This document shows, piece after piece, positions 12,896-36,800 of a stretch of DNA of 64,000 nucleotides. The DNA lies in the NCBI GenBank assembly GCA_964035545.1, contig OZ037765.1, forward strand, positions 5,032,698 to 5,096,697. Direction: 5' to 3'. The notes under the pieces are model-generated. The model was not told where the DNA came from. It did not search any database and worked only from the letters and a program-made list of their open reading frames with translations. The stretch comes from Bugula neritina. Lineage: Eukaryota > Animalia > Bryozoa. The stretch's first letter is position 1. Each line of letters begins with the position of its first letter. Made by a program: the position numbers and the translations under genes.

Positions 12896-15800
12896 GCCTG
12901 TAATATATAATATAGCTCAGTAATATAGTAGCAAAGTAATATTGTAATATTATATTACTGCAATATACGTATAGCCTAAAATAGTCATATACTAAAGTTC
13001 AAGTTACTATTGCTAGTAGACTTATCAACTTATCTTGTGATGTGAACATTTAATTGGCTAGTACAGTTATTTTAAGCAGTTTATTTGGCTCAAAACTCGC
13101 AGCGTATGAATTTCGGAAATACTACTTTCATGGCGTCCAGCTGTGCGTTTGCTGCCGACTGAGTACTGAATGCTGACTCACTAAAAGTTAAGTGATAAAA
13201 CTCTAAATCTATTATACTAGACACTGATACTTCTGTTTTAGCTACTAGAATACAAATATATAGCAAACATCTCTACAGCAGACTATATAAGGAATAGCTT
13301 ATTGTGATAATTATATTATATTACGCTGTATTGTTATATTGTAATGCAATAGTAAATTGTACTAGCTTAAAAGATGAGTTGGAAATAAAAAGTACTATCT
13401 TTATAGTAGTTGTTCAACGAATTGTTATATTATTATGTTATAATTTTGTATTTTATTACTTAGATTGCGTATTCTTATTCGGTCTATACACACAAAATTT
13501 TGAAAAAATTGCCATTGATAATTTTTATTCATTTAATTTTTTTTAAAGCTGTGCAAGCATATTTAACACTAAGTTTGGTTCAATAAAATATATATAAAGT
13601 TGACCTTGTTCCTGTTATCTTGTACATGAAATGTTTCTGTGTTTATTATAGAGGGAAATCTCTCTACACATGCTGATAGGGTTTTTGTAAAAGTTGCTTG
13701 ACTTTTTCATAAATCTAACTTACCATTGCTACATATATAGCCTATTGACTTATTTCATTGTAAATACATAATGGCTGCTGATAAATTCTAAACTAGAGAC
13801 AAAATGTTTTCCAAATTTTATAAATCTTGAATTAGAACCTTTCTTTTAGCACCAAAACTCACTTTAAGTAGAGTGCTATAACAAATGAAGACAATGTGTG
13901 TAATTACTACAATCAGAAAGATGTTATTACACATGTGGGCCATTATCACAAGGAATTCTGATGCTTAGAATGCTGACATCTCATTGGTCGGTTGCTAGAC
14001 CTTTGACTAGTCTGCTAGCAGAAGGTTTACAGTAAGGTTATTAGGAATCACGCTGCGTGGGTAGACCACATGTCAGCTTCAGTCACTGCAGGCATTAAAT
14101 ATTTCTTTTCTAAGAATTAACTGATTTGGAGTCAAATTGTATTTTTAATTAGCTTAGACTGCATTTTCTAACGAAAAACCATCACATATTCGTATTGGAT
14201 ACGATTAGCCGCAGCACCTGAGTAAGTACTAACGGTAAATGTTGTAAATAGTTATTCATATTGTGAATATAGTTATACTTATAGTACAACTGATTTAATC
14301 ACATTGTAGTTAAACTCACGCAAATGTAGTTAAAGTTATACTTATACCTTAAATAATAATATTTATAAATTAAGTGCTCTATTTCTTGGTGGATTGATGG
14401 GTTCCGTAATTTGGTAATTTCTATATAGTTTATTAAACGATGATTTTTACAACAGCAGTTCATAAATTTTTACTATGTCTATTGGAATATTCTAATTATT
14501 TGCAATTTTCAAGGCCTATTTTTTAGATTCAATGAATTATCATGGTTACTTGTTTAAGTCAGCTTTTTGAGTATCCACTACTGATAACTAATATTATTAA
14601 CTAATAACTATATAAACCATGCAGATTATACAGTTTCTAGTTGTTTATCATTTAGTTTTACCTATCTTTACTGCACATAACTCATATACAATGAATGCAT
14701 CTATATATAATTATAGCTTCTACAGTCTATTGACTAAAAGCCTAAAGGCTTAAAGGCCTTTATAATTATGTAATTACAATGTTTAAGTTTGTTTTAATGA
14801 AACACTGGTATGTTATGTGACTTCATATTGTGGTATTAATTAATTGTAGAATATTAATAGATTTTTCATATTGAGTTTTTAGTTAGCTATTTCAATTTGG
14901 GTGAGTTTAACATTCATTCTGCAACTTTATTATTTGACTTTCTGGTAGACTTCTGAATGCTAATTCAAATCTTGCATCCTAAATCGTGGTAGTTATTTTA
15001 GATTTTTTATGGGTTTATTTCAAAAGCCAACAAATACTCCAGCTAAAATCTTTAATACAAAATTTTATGTAATAAAATGTGTTGGATGGTAAGGTCAATG
15101 CCAGAACACTTAAATCGTGTTTCTTAGTTTCTGTTTACTATATATTTTCAGAAGTAAAATTTTGAGCAGAAACTACTTTTATTAATATAGTCTAGCTGTT
15201 GAGTAGCAAAACTGATTACCAAAATATTTATTTATCTAAAAAATACGATGGATTCAGTAGTTTATAATTCTTGGTTCTAACAGTTTGACTTGAAGAGTTT
15301 TGCTTCATTGTATAGTCAAGACAACTTCTTGGTCTATAAATGCTAGCTAGAAATTACTGTTGACTAACTAGTCTGCTAACCCACCCTACCCTCTATGGAG
15401 TAGAGGTAGAGCACAGTCTATTGTTGGATATCTCCAATCATGGCCTTGGTTCTTACATTGAAATTATGTCTGTTAGTAAGAGAAGGTGAAGTGCTGTTTT
15501 GAAAAACTATAAACAAATCTTGACATCAGGCAACTCCTAAAATGACCAGCTCCGTCCATACTTCAAGGTTGTAGTTTTAGTTGCAATACTGATCAAAAAA
15601 GTTGCATGTAAAGTCAGCATGACTAGTTTACATTGCTTCAAATAGATTCTTATCCTTATGGATGCACATACACATCTGATGAGTTTGTGGGTTCGGTTCA
15701 AATTAACTTATGGCTTCATTCGATGCAACTATTCCCAAACAGGGAATGAAAAATCCAACGCTCGAACTAATAATGCGCTAGAATCTATTAAGGAACATAG

Positions 15801-16889
15801 TACTACCAAAAGAACTTAAAATTACTCAGAGTAAAGCTTTTAAAATTGAGAGAAATAGCACAGCTGATTACATAACAAAGCAATGACATTAGCTATGATA
15901 CCACAACTTAGAGACTCAGCTGCACAAAACTGAGATTGCAAACGTAATTCTTCATTAGAGATGATTATGCTAGGCTTTGTGTAAGCACAATACTTCTAGT
16001 AAGAAAGCAAACCAATTATTATTGGTTTACATTACTAAAAGGATTGACTAACATCATTAAAGATCTAATCTCTTGCTCATCCTTCAGATAAAACTAATTC
16101 TTTTGTCAGCACAGGCAAAGTTTATGTAATCTTTATGTACCTTCTGGCTACAGGAACAGGAAACTTGTAATGCCTTCTATTTATAAACATGAAAGGCTAT
16201 AAATGGCTTCCAGCTAGATAATGTTTGAACATGCAGCACTTTGGTTTATCCGTATCTTAATAATTAGTATTATGACTCTTTTGAAATTTCACTGGGAAGG
16301 GCTAAAATATAAGCTAATGGAAAGACTGGGCTTTATAAAGACTAGCCTTTCATTTTCTTTCAAGCCTAGCAGCTATAGCCTTCATTAGTTTGGCTTTGGT
16401 AAGGCAAGAACCAAGTTTATAGAGATTTACTTTGTTTGGTTTAGTTCTAATTTGAAAGAAAAGTAAGGGTGTTTTTTAAAACTAGCTTTCGAAAATACCA
16501 AAATAAAGATATTGCTTTGCTATTTCTACCATAGCAAACCAAATTATTTCGTAGTTAAACCTTCTGCATAAATGCTTTTTTGATGTTTTATATATTAAAC
16601 AAGTTATATTATAGTTGACAATCAACTTTTAGTTAGCTTTCCCTAGAGTTTTTCAACGTGAGATGCAGCCACATCAGTTTAGGAAGCTTTTTTAAGAATT
16701 ATGTATATTGCAATGGTCGTTATACTGAATGACCATTCGCTGTTTTAATGCTAGCTGTTAAATATTTTTGAAACTCCTTGCTTGCTGTTAATGTACATCA
16801 TAATTATGGGCTCTTGTAGGTCACTGGTGTAAATAAAATCTACACCTTTCTGTCCAGGACTAGCCTCTACTTATTGAACTGAACACAAG

Positions 16890-19800
16890 ATGGTGTGGAA
16901 TCTGTTGCTGCCAGTGCTTGTAGCTCTCACCTCAATCCTTGCGTCCTTCACTGGTAAGTTAAAGTCAGCTTTGAAATATTTCAATATGTGAAACAGCCAC
17001 AGAAGCTTGGGATGTTTTCTTCCATAAATTTGTTCATCAGCTGTAGTTAGATGCCACACAAGGTAGCTGACTGCTATGCTGCCTGGCAGCTTATCTCAAT
17101 ATTATTGGATTAAATTATTTAGTCATTATCTGGCTAATAGTGTTGCCACCTTTGATCTTATTATTAGGCAGTTTAGTGTGATAGACTCTGTCACTCATTA
17201 GTCCCATAGAAAGCAATTAGTGACAGGTCATGTAGGTAGTGGCAGTAGAACAAATCTGATGGGAAGGAAATTGAAAAGTGCACAAATATTGCTGATAATA
17301 GTTGCTAACAATGGATGACTAACTACAGTCTTAGTTTATATCAGATGATCAATTACAATTTCTGACAATTTAAAAAGGGAAATCATATAAGTAAAACTTG
17401 AATATTACAGCTACCTATTATGCAAATACTTGTTAATAACATTACGGAGTTACTAAAAACCAATACATTGATGGAAGCTGTCTTGATTGTGGCATAGAAT
17501 TACGTTTTTTGCTGTGTTTATTTTGCTTGTAACAATATGCAAGATGAGTTGCTAGAAATATGATATTGGTACTATAATATAATTGGCATCATGTTTTGTG
17601 CTAAAGTGTTGTTGCAATTGATAATGTATTAAATTTCTCACTTTTCTAGTATCTGTCACAAATGACAATGTAGCTATTTCAGCTCCCAACCAATCCATTC
17701 ATTCAAATTTAAAAATTCTGTTGAGTTTGTGTAATCTTTGACAATTGATCAAGTTAAAAAATTAACGGCAATGAAAGGGATCACAGAGTGTATTTGGATT
17801 GCTGATATTTATTAAACACTTTCATTGAATGCTGTTTGTAATACATACGCCGAGGGGCGTTGATTAGGAGTCATCCATGCGGAACGGCTAAGTACATTCA
17901 AAGCCGCCGCTCTATTATTCTTCATTACCGATTGTTTACAGAGCACCAGGAGTTGACAATTACAATTTATTATTCTACCAAATTTCGTCTGCTATCCTAG
18001 CTAAAGGTGTTTATCTTTTTGAGCTTCTCCTTCATTCTAATTAACTGCTTGCATACAGCATAATGAAACCAAACAATCAGAGAAAAAGAAGAAAACAAAC
18101 CATTACAGAGTTTACACTTTAACCTTGAGCTTTGAACAGTTCTTTGGTGTTTGAAATACTTATGCACACCGTTGTAGGCAAAAATCTACTCTGGGTTTGG
18201 TGTGCAATGGAATGATTGCTTTTATCATAAACAGGTTTACTTCTAAAGGTTAAATTTATGAAAACAGTGGTGAAAACCAAATGCAGATATTTATTTGTAA
18301 AAAGTGTTATCTTTTTACAACCTTTATAAGATATGGAGGTGTTTTGTGGGCTCATACTTGACGTATGACTCATGATATATTTTATCTAGCAATTAAAGCA
18401 AAGTTATAGCTACATCTAATTATTTCAATACCCAATTGTAGAGATGTGCATGCTCAGAGGATAGACTTTTCTATTGTCGTTTACTTTGTTAAGATATTGT
18501 TTTTCTGCTTTAGCTTAACATTCAAAATTTATGTCTTTTTGAATAACGCCAGTGAGCACAACTCTTAATAATTCATAATTTCCTAACTCTTAATAATTGA
18601 AATTACAGCTAGAAATCGATGTACATTTAAAGACCTATTTATTCTATCTAATTTCAGCTCTTAAAGCGCTGTACTCTTGACTGAGTAGTATTGTGTGATT
18701 TGTGTTACTATGGAAATAGTGCATGATCGTACTAGTCATATACATTGTACAAGGCTATATATGTAATACATTGTTTGGTTTTTCTTATATGGTAAATCAG
18801 AAGAACCTATGTGTATACTCTGCATATATAGTGAACTGTATTTTGTAGAAGGAACAATATATACAGAATCTCAAGACTTAGTGCATCAAATAGGGGAGAC
18901 AACATCATTCATATGCTCAGCTAAGCTCTCTGTTGGAGGTAAAACAATTTTGAGGAAAAAACTTGATAGATTTATAAGTGCAATTTGTTGTTATCTCTTG
19001 ACCAGTAAAGCTTTGCTTTTATACAGTAGATTATAAAATCATATCTTACCACAGCATCATTAATTTTGTGCTGTCCTAACTTGGACTAAGCTGAGTGACA
19101 CTTTTTAACACTAAAATGAAAAATGGCTTGATTCTACATAGATAGCTTTCATTTCTACAATTGTTTTTTATTACTTAGTTTATTAATATTCAAATTGCCG
19201 TATTTTTATCAATCTATCTATATTTTATTCACTAACTTCATTTAATATTGTTTAATCATCCAAAAAGTAGATAACTCACAATTTCCATCAATATTTTTCA
19301 AATGGCTGTATATTAGCCTTTTGTGTAAAACACTTGAATAAATTTGATAGCAATTTATTCAACAAAAAGCAAACTATTTTTGAAATTGATGAATTTTTTC
19401 AAAATATTTTTGTTTTTTTAGATGTAATGATAGTTTCGAGTCCAGAGAGATCAGCTGTTGTAGTGACAGCCGTCTCTTTAGATAGTGTCACACCAATAAT
19501 AATTCAGGGCTTTGAATCTCAGGTGGTTGCAGGTAATTTTTTAATTTGATTTCTCATGTATTGCAATTTACTTTATTTCTGTACAACTTCGATAATAAAT
19601 TCAAAGCAATAAAATCAGGGGAAGTAGGATTATAATTTTGCGGGCTTTATTTGTTTTTTTTTCACATCTTACCTTTCATTCCATCATGCGGCAGAAATAC
19701 TAATCTTATAAAGAAGCTCTGTGCATTATTCTTTTGCTATTTATTTTAGAGTTAGGAGCAGCTATTAGTGCAACAAACCCACCATACCGAAACATCACCA

Positions 19801-22800
19801 TAACGTATAACATTGACAGCGTGACAGCTAATGACAGTGGAATCTATGAATGTGAGAAAGGGGCTGTAAAAAGAAACTTTAACTTAAGAGTTGTGGGTGA
19901 GAAAACTATAAAAAATGGTCTAATTAAAGGAGTTTACTTTTTAAAAAGAACATAATTGTTGAAATTATTATAAAACTCAAAGTTTTAATATCTATCCTTC
20001 ATTTCATCAGTGGTGATCATTCAGATTTTATTAGTTAATATATTTCAACTTGACTAAAATTTCTAAAACTTAAAATTAATACTTAAGCTAAAGATAATAT
20101 ATTATGCATAGATAATATTAAAATTAATATTATTGCTTAGTTTTGAATTCTAAGATTACAATTTACTACCAGATGTGTTGTACTTTACCAAATAATTTTT
20201 ATATTATAATTATGTAATAGCTGTTATATATTAATTACTACATAATTAGTATATAATTATATAATAGCTATAATTCAATGTGCGATGGTGAACTGAATAA
20301 GCAGGTACTTGCAGGTCCCCCCACAGAGATCTCTGTCACTGTGGACAGACTTCAAGGAGTAAATCTGACTAAGGATCTCACCTATGACCGCAACAGGTAT
20401 CACGACAGCAGAGCTCTTTGGTGGGCCCATGTCGCCCTGGATCAGCCTGGCAACTTTGATATTACTGCTGCCATCACTGCTGACCCTGTAGCAGACGTCA
20501 CATGGTACAAAATCGCACCTGGCAGCGTAAGTTATGATTTCGTTAATTTTTCTTATAAAAATATATACATGTAGTATAACATCTTTATTAATAGAATTAA
20601 CTGTAAACACTTTGCTATTACTTTAAACAGCTGATAATTTCAAAAATTAAACAATATTTTTAATTAAAGTAATTAGTCGAGATATTGTTTTACAGTTCAT
20701 ATTAGAAGTTGCCTGCTTCGGCATTCTTAGAAAGTTTTGAGTTTGCATTTGAAAGTTTTAAATTAAGTGTGAGACGTTTTTTATATTTTAGACAGAAAAA
20801 TTACTAGTAGCTGCCGGAGAAGTAATAACTATAGAGAGAATGGACCCTAATTTAAATGGCAGTCAGTTTATATGTACGGCCATGAATGACTATGGTGAAA
20901 TCAGTGTATCGGTCCTTATTGAACTGATGTGTAAGTTATATACTATGCTAAACTGTTGTATGCTAAGAATATAGTTTGGATTGCTTAATGAAGTCATAAA
21001 TACTATGCATAAAACATAAGAAAATATATGCAAAATATTATTAGAATGTATGCACAATATTCTATTTACATCAGAGTTAAATGACGCACTTGTTTTAATA
21101 GATAAACCGAGGGATCCTGTCATTAGTATGCCAGATGCATACCCTGAGGAGGGTAAACCACTATTCATAGAGTGCTTGTTTGACGCCCATCCTCCAGCTA
21201 CTGTCTTCTATACCAAAGAAGATCCAGTAACTAAGCAGTGGGAGAGAATTGGCACAGGGCAGGTATGTGACGCAGTTTCAACGTACGCCCGTTGTCTTAT
21301 TTTCTCATAAGTTTGCACAAAAAAGGTTTAAATATTTCAATTAAATTACTTAATGACGTGAAACAATCTTTTTAGGTAACACATTTTTACAAAGTTTTCT
21401 TTTTATTTATAATTTATTCATAAAAAAAAACAAATTTCCAATTTCCTTTATTATAAATATGCTCCATTACATTTATTTTAAACTGCGATACACTTGTGCT
21501 TTAGAGTAAAGCAACTCCCAAAATTCTCTCAGAATGAAGCTGGATGGGTGTTCTCTAAGTAGGCAGTATTATCGTAACTGTTATGGTAATTCACGGATTA
21601 ATTTTTAGAGCCAAGGACTGTATATAAATGATGTGCAGTTGGACAGAGATGTTGGTACATATAAATGTGTTGGTGAAAATTCTCTTGGAGAATCAGAAGG
21701 AGAGATTCGAATTCATGGTACTTTAGCAACTATTGATTTACTAACCATAATAATATATAGTTCATTTATCACACATAATTTTTCAACCAATGATTTTCTA
21801 ACCATAATATATACTGTATGTATCATATTGTAATTTTTTTATTCAACAAAAAACAATTATCAGTACTGATTTTTTAGGTAAACCCAAAAGTGTAGATATT
21901 CATGTGGGAGACATTTATGGCGACAGCGTGGATGTGCACTTGGCAGCCTTCTCAGCTGTTGCAGTGCTCTTCAGATTGAGTTTAAACTATACAGACGAGG
22001 TGAGTTGATGTTTCTACTGTCTCAATTATATCATTTAGCTTTTAATACTCGGTTAATTGAGTCTTTGTAATTGTTTTTTATAAATAAGCAACATATGTAT
22101 TGTGTGTGTGTGCTCTCGAGTGGTATGTATGTTAGTGTGTTAATGTGTGTGTGTGTGCGCGTGTGTGTGTGAGTGTGTGTGTCTGTGTGTGTTTGTGTAT
22201 GTTAGTGCTAATGCTAGTGTGCGTGTGTGCGTGTGTGTGTGTGTGTGCGTGTGTGCGTGTGTTGAAAACAACTTTAGTAGCTTTGACACATTTAGTATTG
22301 TGTATCAACAAGTATTCTGCATGATAGTGTATATGTATCTCGTTTTGAATTTATGTAAGCAAAATATAAATCACTTTTTTGCTATTGTCCAAAATTTTAT
22401 ACTTTTAGAAGGGTGTTGAAGTCCAGTTTGCGGAAACGATAGATAAACGGTCAATGCAAGCACCTCCCAATATACGGGTTCCTTATGAAATAAAACTACC
22501 GAAAACTAAAACTCTGTATTCACTTAGCTTGGAGGCATCGAATAGACATGGAAACGCCTTTTCCTCTGAAATGAATATCACTAGTGCCCATGGTATGTTG
22601 AATTCTACGCTTCTGCTAGCTGTGGTGAGAGGGGGGGGGGGTGTCAACTGTTAACAGGTCAATGTCCATTAAATACTTTGCTATTAAAAACTTAATGCTA
22701 CATATTGAACAACTGGCAGTAGGAGTAAAAGCTGAGTTCATTGTTTTGTGTTACAAGCATGGTTAGTTGTCAAAATTTTCTACAAAACCAAATTTCGAAG

Positions 22801-23164
22801 AAAAATCTGGATTACTCATTCCTAAGATCTTTTTTGCTAATACTTATATTTTTGATTAGCTTTATGCTCTAAGAACCAATAATTTTGTAGCATAAATATT
22901 AATGAAATCTCACACTTTCATAATATAACTTTTCTACTTAAACAGAACATTTATCATATGAAAGTATAAAATGCTAAATTATTATCCCTCAGTCCTTGCT
23001 AAATTTCAAGGTTATGTTTTACAGAGGGTGTCACTAGACCCGCTACAACCGAGATTAAACAAGCCACTTCAACTTATCAAATATCTTCAGCCACGCCGAG
23101 ATACAATGGACGCTCATTATTATTTATAGTTTTATGTTTTACCCTGAAAAGTTTTATGTTATAG
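16890..23164 (+). CDS. Gene A: Ig-Ig-Ig-FN3 cell-surface protein with GPI signal (about 492 aa)
   Basis: 11 in-frame exons: 16890-16953 (signal MVWNLLLPVLVALTSILASFT), 18849-18938, 19422-19532, 19750-19896 (DSGIYEC), 20315-20526, 20792-20930 (FICTAMN), 21102-21262, 21609-21717 (DVGTYKC), 21878-21999, 22409-22592 (YSLSLEASN), 23025-23164 (S/T stalk, SSA, hydrophobic tail LLFIVLCFTLKSFML*). Total 1479 nt with no internal stop. Confidence 0.9.
22100..22262. repeat. (GT/GCGT)n microsatellite
   Basis: Direct inspection; similar tracts at about 32445-32525, 39700-39781 and 43343-43408. Confidence 0.9.
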
Positions 23165-23930
23165 AATGTGTTACATAATATATTATAGTAATAGTTAAGC
23201 AGAGGTTGACTTAGATGGAATGAGAACGTTTCTAATTCCTGCAATATATATTTTTTCATCTAATTAGCAATATAATTTTGTACATAAAAGTTGCAGTAGT
23301 AAAAGAAATGTGTCTAGAAAAGTAAATTTACATTTATGGTGCTACAAATTTACTTTAAGTTATGCTGTCCTTACAATTTTGTTTTCTAGCTACGCGTGGG
23401 TGCAGTTCGTTGTATTTGTGTTGTTATATATGAGTTTCAGACATTTATTAGTATATAGTAACTTTAAATTATATCAATTCATTTTTTTTTTAGTTTTATC
23501 TAATAAACGAGTTTATCAGTTACTAGCTTATGCCACTCTTCCCTATTTTTAAAGATCTTTGCCTACAACATTTTTGTAGAAAAACATAATATATAAATAA
23601 CATACAAATGGTACATGAAAAAAATTAATTTAAATTATGCAACAATTAGAATATTTTAGAAACTCAGAGAATAAAATCTTGAAGAGTGTGTAGAAAACTT
23701 GTATAGTTGCTTTGAAAAATATTACAAAAACAGGTAACACTTTTTGCACTTTAAAATTATTTAAGAATTTATGCATTTTACACATTAATATAATGCAGAT
23801 TCTCAAGCTTTATTTAGAGGTGTGAAAATATTTTGGTTAGCATTAACATTACAGCATCTGTGAACTTGAAATTTGCAGATTAATTTTATTTGAGCTTTAA
23901 ATAAGTTCAATGGCTGTTTCTACAGGTGAT

Positions 23931-32647
<8,717 letters not shown>

Positions 32648-33808
32648 AAGTCAAGCACTATGTTGATATGCTCTGTACAGACTTCAGAAATAACTAATTT
32701 CTATGTTATGACATATCTTATGCATATCATAAAAAATATTTCAACACTTTACCTTCTTATGGCAAGATTTCAAAAGATTGTTTGCATACCACATTTAATT
32801 TGCATAGAGTTGAGCCAGCTGATGTATATGCTTTGTTCATTAACTGCTGTACTGTAACTTAGAGTAGAGCATAGCAACAAGGATCAGATGTAGTCTAACG
32901 CTGGAGAGTTGAACTGGTAAATCTATAGTAAGCTGGCTATGTGTAATGTATCTAGCACAGCTAATGGCATCATTGATATAAACAGGAACTCTCAAACTGT
33001 ATTGCCAGCATGACGAGAGGCACATATCGAGCCCTCACCATAAGGGATTCATTTTCACAGGGATCAAAGGCAATTTTCTTAGTAAATCACAAGATTTTGC
33101 ATCAATTTTTCTCTATGTGTTTTGGTTCTTCACATAATTTCTACTCATAAGCCATAAGATTGAATATTATTTTCACAGTTTCTCCGTGACTTCAGATTCG
33201 GGTGAAGTAAATGTTACAAAATCAGGTGAATTTTAAACTGCCTGAGTCAGTTTAAATTAAAATTTAAAGTTTAAATATTTCAAAACATCTAAAAGGTTGG
33301 AGACATTTCTTCTTCTACATAATGTATTGTGCTATGTATTGCATTATTTGATAAAATTAAACAAAACATTCAAAGACCAAAACTCTTACCTTTGCCAGAG
33401 ATCACAAAAGTCTCTAAAGATATCGAAAACTGGCATAAGCCAGTAACTGATCAAATTTATAACTTGGTTATTTGATAAAATTAAAATATAATAAATGTAT
33501 TGACATAAATCCAATTTCACTAAATATCTTCACCTCATACAATATCATATATGTCAAAATTGCACCTTATACTTATAGCTAAAAGCAAAATTGTAAGGAC
33601 AGTATATAATTTATAGTAAATTTTTGACACCACATTATAGATTTATATTTTCTCTAGACCCACGTTTGTTGTGCTACTGCAACTTCTTGCTTTGTGTAAA
33701 AATCATATTGCTAATTAAATCAAAGAATATATATATTGCAGAAATTAGAAACTTTTCCATTCCATTTAAGTCTACCTCTGTTTAACTATCACTATATTAT
33801 ATAACATT

Positions 33809-36800
33809 CTATAACAAAAAATTTTTCAGAGTAAAACATAAAACTATAAACAATAATGAGCGTCCATTGTGTCCCGGCATGACTGCAGCTGAATCAACTT
33901 TAATCTTAGCTGTGGCGGGTCTAGTGTTGCCCTCTGTAATACACGATCTTGACTCTTAGCAAAGACTGACGGCTAATATTTAGCAGTTTATAATTTGAAG
34001 ACAAAACCAATAAAAATGAGAAAAATTAAATCATATAAATTCAGGACTTTATGATTATTTATATTGCACAAGCAATAGTTCTTAGTGCATATAAATCTAA
34101 TCAAATATATAAGTAAAAACATAAACTATATTAGGGATGAGTAATCAAAACATTTTCAAAAAGCTAATTTATAAAATTGTTTGGTGATTCGCCATGCTTG
34201 TAATACAAAGCAATGAGCCCAGCTTTTGTAGCAGCTAATTAAAATTGGGTCTTCTGCTAACGAGAGATTAGAAGGGGATTGACAAGTAAATACCAACATT
34301 TCGAGTTCAATATTATTGACTTTGAAATGTTGCTAACAGAAGTGTAGAATTGAACATACCATGAGCAGTAGTGAAATTCACTGTAGGTGACACGGCGTTT
34401 CCAAGTCTATTGTATGCGACCAAGCTGAGTGAATACAGAGTATTACTTTTTAGTCTTATCATCTCATAAGGAATCCGTATATTGGGGGGTGATTGTATTG
34501 ACCTTTCATCTATCCTTTTTTTGGTCTGTACTTCGATATCCATCTACAAGTGTGAGAAACCCCTGATGGAAAGAGTTTTTGTTAGAACAGGCTAAGGACT
34601 TGTTTTAGATAAGGCACAGGAGCAATTATGACTGGATGCTCTTTCTAACATCACCAATGGCCTTTGTCGGGGTTCGAACCCATGACTTCGTGTTCACAAA
34701 CCAACTGCTTTAACCCCTAGACCACGGCTGCTCCCTTTCATCACTGAACTGAGTTAAGGATTGTTAATGATATTTTTTGCTAAGCATGAGCAGCAAAACT
34801 GTGCAGCTGTAACATAATTTTCTGTAGTTATGATAACGAAGGCACATCTATATTCCTGTTGAATGGCAATGTTATACTAAGGCAATACACATGGTTGATT
34901 ACTCAGAGAAGGAAAATGTAATTACAAAAATTAAGCTAACCAAATAATAAGAAAAGAAATATGATATAATTTGAGCCAGTTGAAGCATAAACTCACTTGT
35001 TCGATGTGGAAGTAAGTCAAATTGAAAATTACTGCAAAAGCTGAAGAGGCTGTCAAGTGCAGGTCGGCGCTGTAGCTATAAATAGTTCCTACTTGAATCG
35101 CTACAGTTTTGGGTTCTCCTAAAAAAGCAACACTTCTAATAAATTTGTCATCAAATAAACAAATTAAAATATGTAATAATGAAACCATATTTTATTCTCA
35201 TTAGTCAAAAAGTACCATGAATTCGAAATACTCCTTCTGACTCCCCAAAAGAATTTTCACCAACACATTTATATGTACCAACATCTCGGTCCAACTGCAC
35301 AGCCTGTATATACAGTCTTTGGCTCTACAAATTCACCCATGAATTACCATAACACTTGTGATAATGCTGCTACTTTCAAATGTTTAATTTGGAGTTTTCT
35401 TTACACTCCAAAAGCCGGCTCAATGTAAGGAGTAATAGAGCATATAGTAATAGCAAGTAAGGAACTATGTGATGAATGAATCTAGAAAGTTGTATTTTAT
35501 TGCTGTGTATGTTGGATAGACAGAGAATAGCAAATAAAACAATTCTGTAAAATGTTTTGCTACTCAAATTTACTTAGTTATTTTTATGCTACAAAATTTG
35601 AAAGATAGTTTAAAATCATCTAAAATCTTAATTCAGCCGTTTTAAAATACTTTTTTGCAAGCTTATGTGCTTTTTTAAAAAAAATTGAATAAATAATGTA
35701 AAGGCCTAGGCCTACTTTAAAAACTGTCCAGTCCTTTATCATCATAACGATTTTGCAATTTTGCAAAAAAATATCGCTTTTTTTCAAACAGAGTGAATAG
35801 TTTTATACACCAATGTACTGAAAACTTGAAAAGATCAAAGCAATATTTCAGAGTCTTCAATTTATTATCCTAAAACTCAGTAAAGCTAATAGTTCATAGC
35901 ACAAAATATTTTGGTAGAATAGAACTGCTTTTTTAAAGTGAAGACACATAAGAATTGCAATAAATACTATAAATTAATGACAGGTTTTGTAAGTTAGAAA
36001 CTATTATATACCTGTTCAGTGCTTATTCTCCCCCATATTTTAGTGACTGGGTTCTGTTTGCTGTAGTAGATAGTAGCCGGAGGGTTGGCGTCAAACGAGC
36101 ACTCTATAGAGAGTGATTTACCCTCCTCAGGGTATGCATCTGGCATACTAATGTCGGGAATTTTCGGTTTATCTAGTAGAACATGTGCACCAATTAACTC
36201 TAATGTAAATAAAATATTTTGCACATATTTTTGTAAATATTATACAGTCGGCATTATATTATAAGCATAGAGTTTATGGGCATATAGCACACAACTTACA
36301 CATCAGTTCAATAACGACCGATACACTGATTTCACCATAGCTATTCATGGCTGTACATATAAACTGACTGCCATCCAAATTAGGATCCATTCTCTCTACA
36401 GTGATGAACTTTTCAGTAGCTATTGTTAATTTTTCTGTCTAAAATAAAAAACCTCACGTGCACACTTGATTCAAAATTTTTAAAAACCGCAGTATTATTA
36501 AGAATAGCATCAATGCCAAAGCAGACAACTTATAAAACAGTATTTTAAATAATTTTTTGAATTTTAAAAATCTCAACTTTTTAAAATAATGTCAAAGTTT
36601 TTGCGGTTAACTCTATCAATAAATACACTACATGTACATTCTAATAAAAAAAGTCTATAAAATCATAGCTTACGCTGCCAGGAGTGATTTTGTACCATGT
36701 GACATCTGCTACAGGGTTAGAAGTAATGGCAGCAGTAATATTGAAGCTACCAGGCTGGTCTAAAACCACCTGGGCCCACCAAAGAGCTTTGCTGCCGTGA

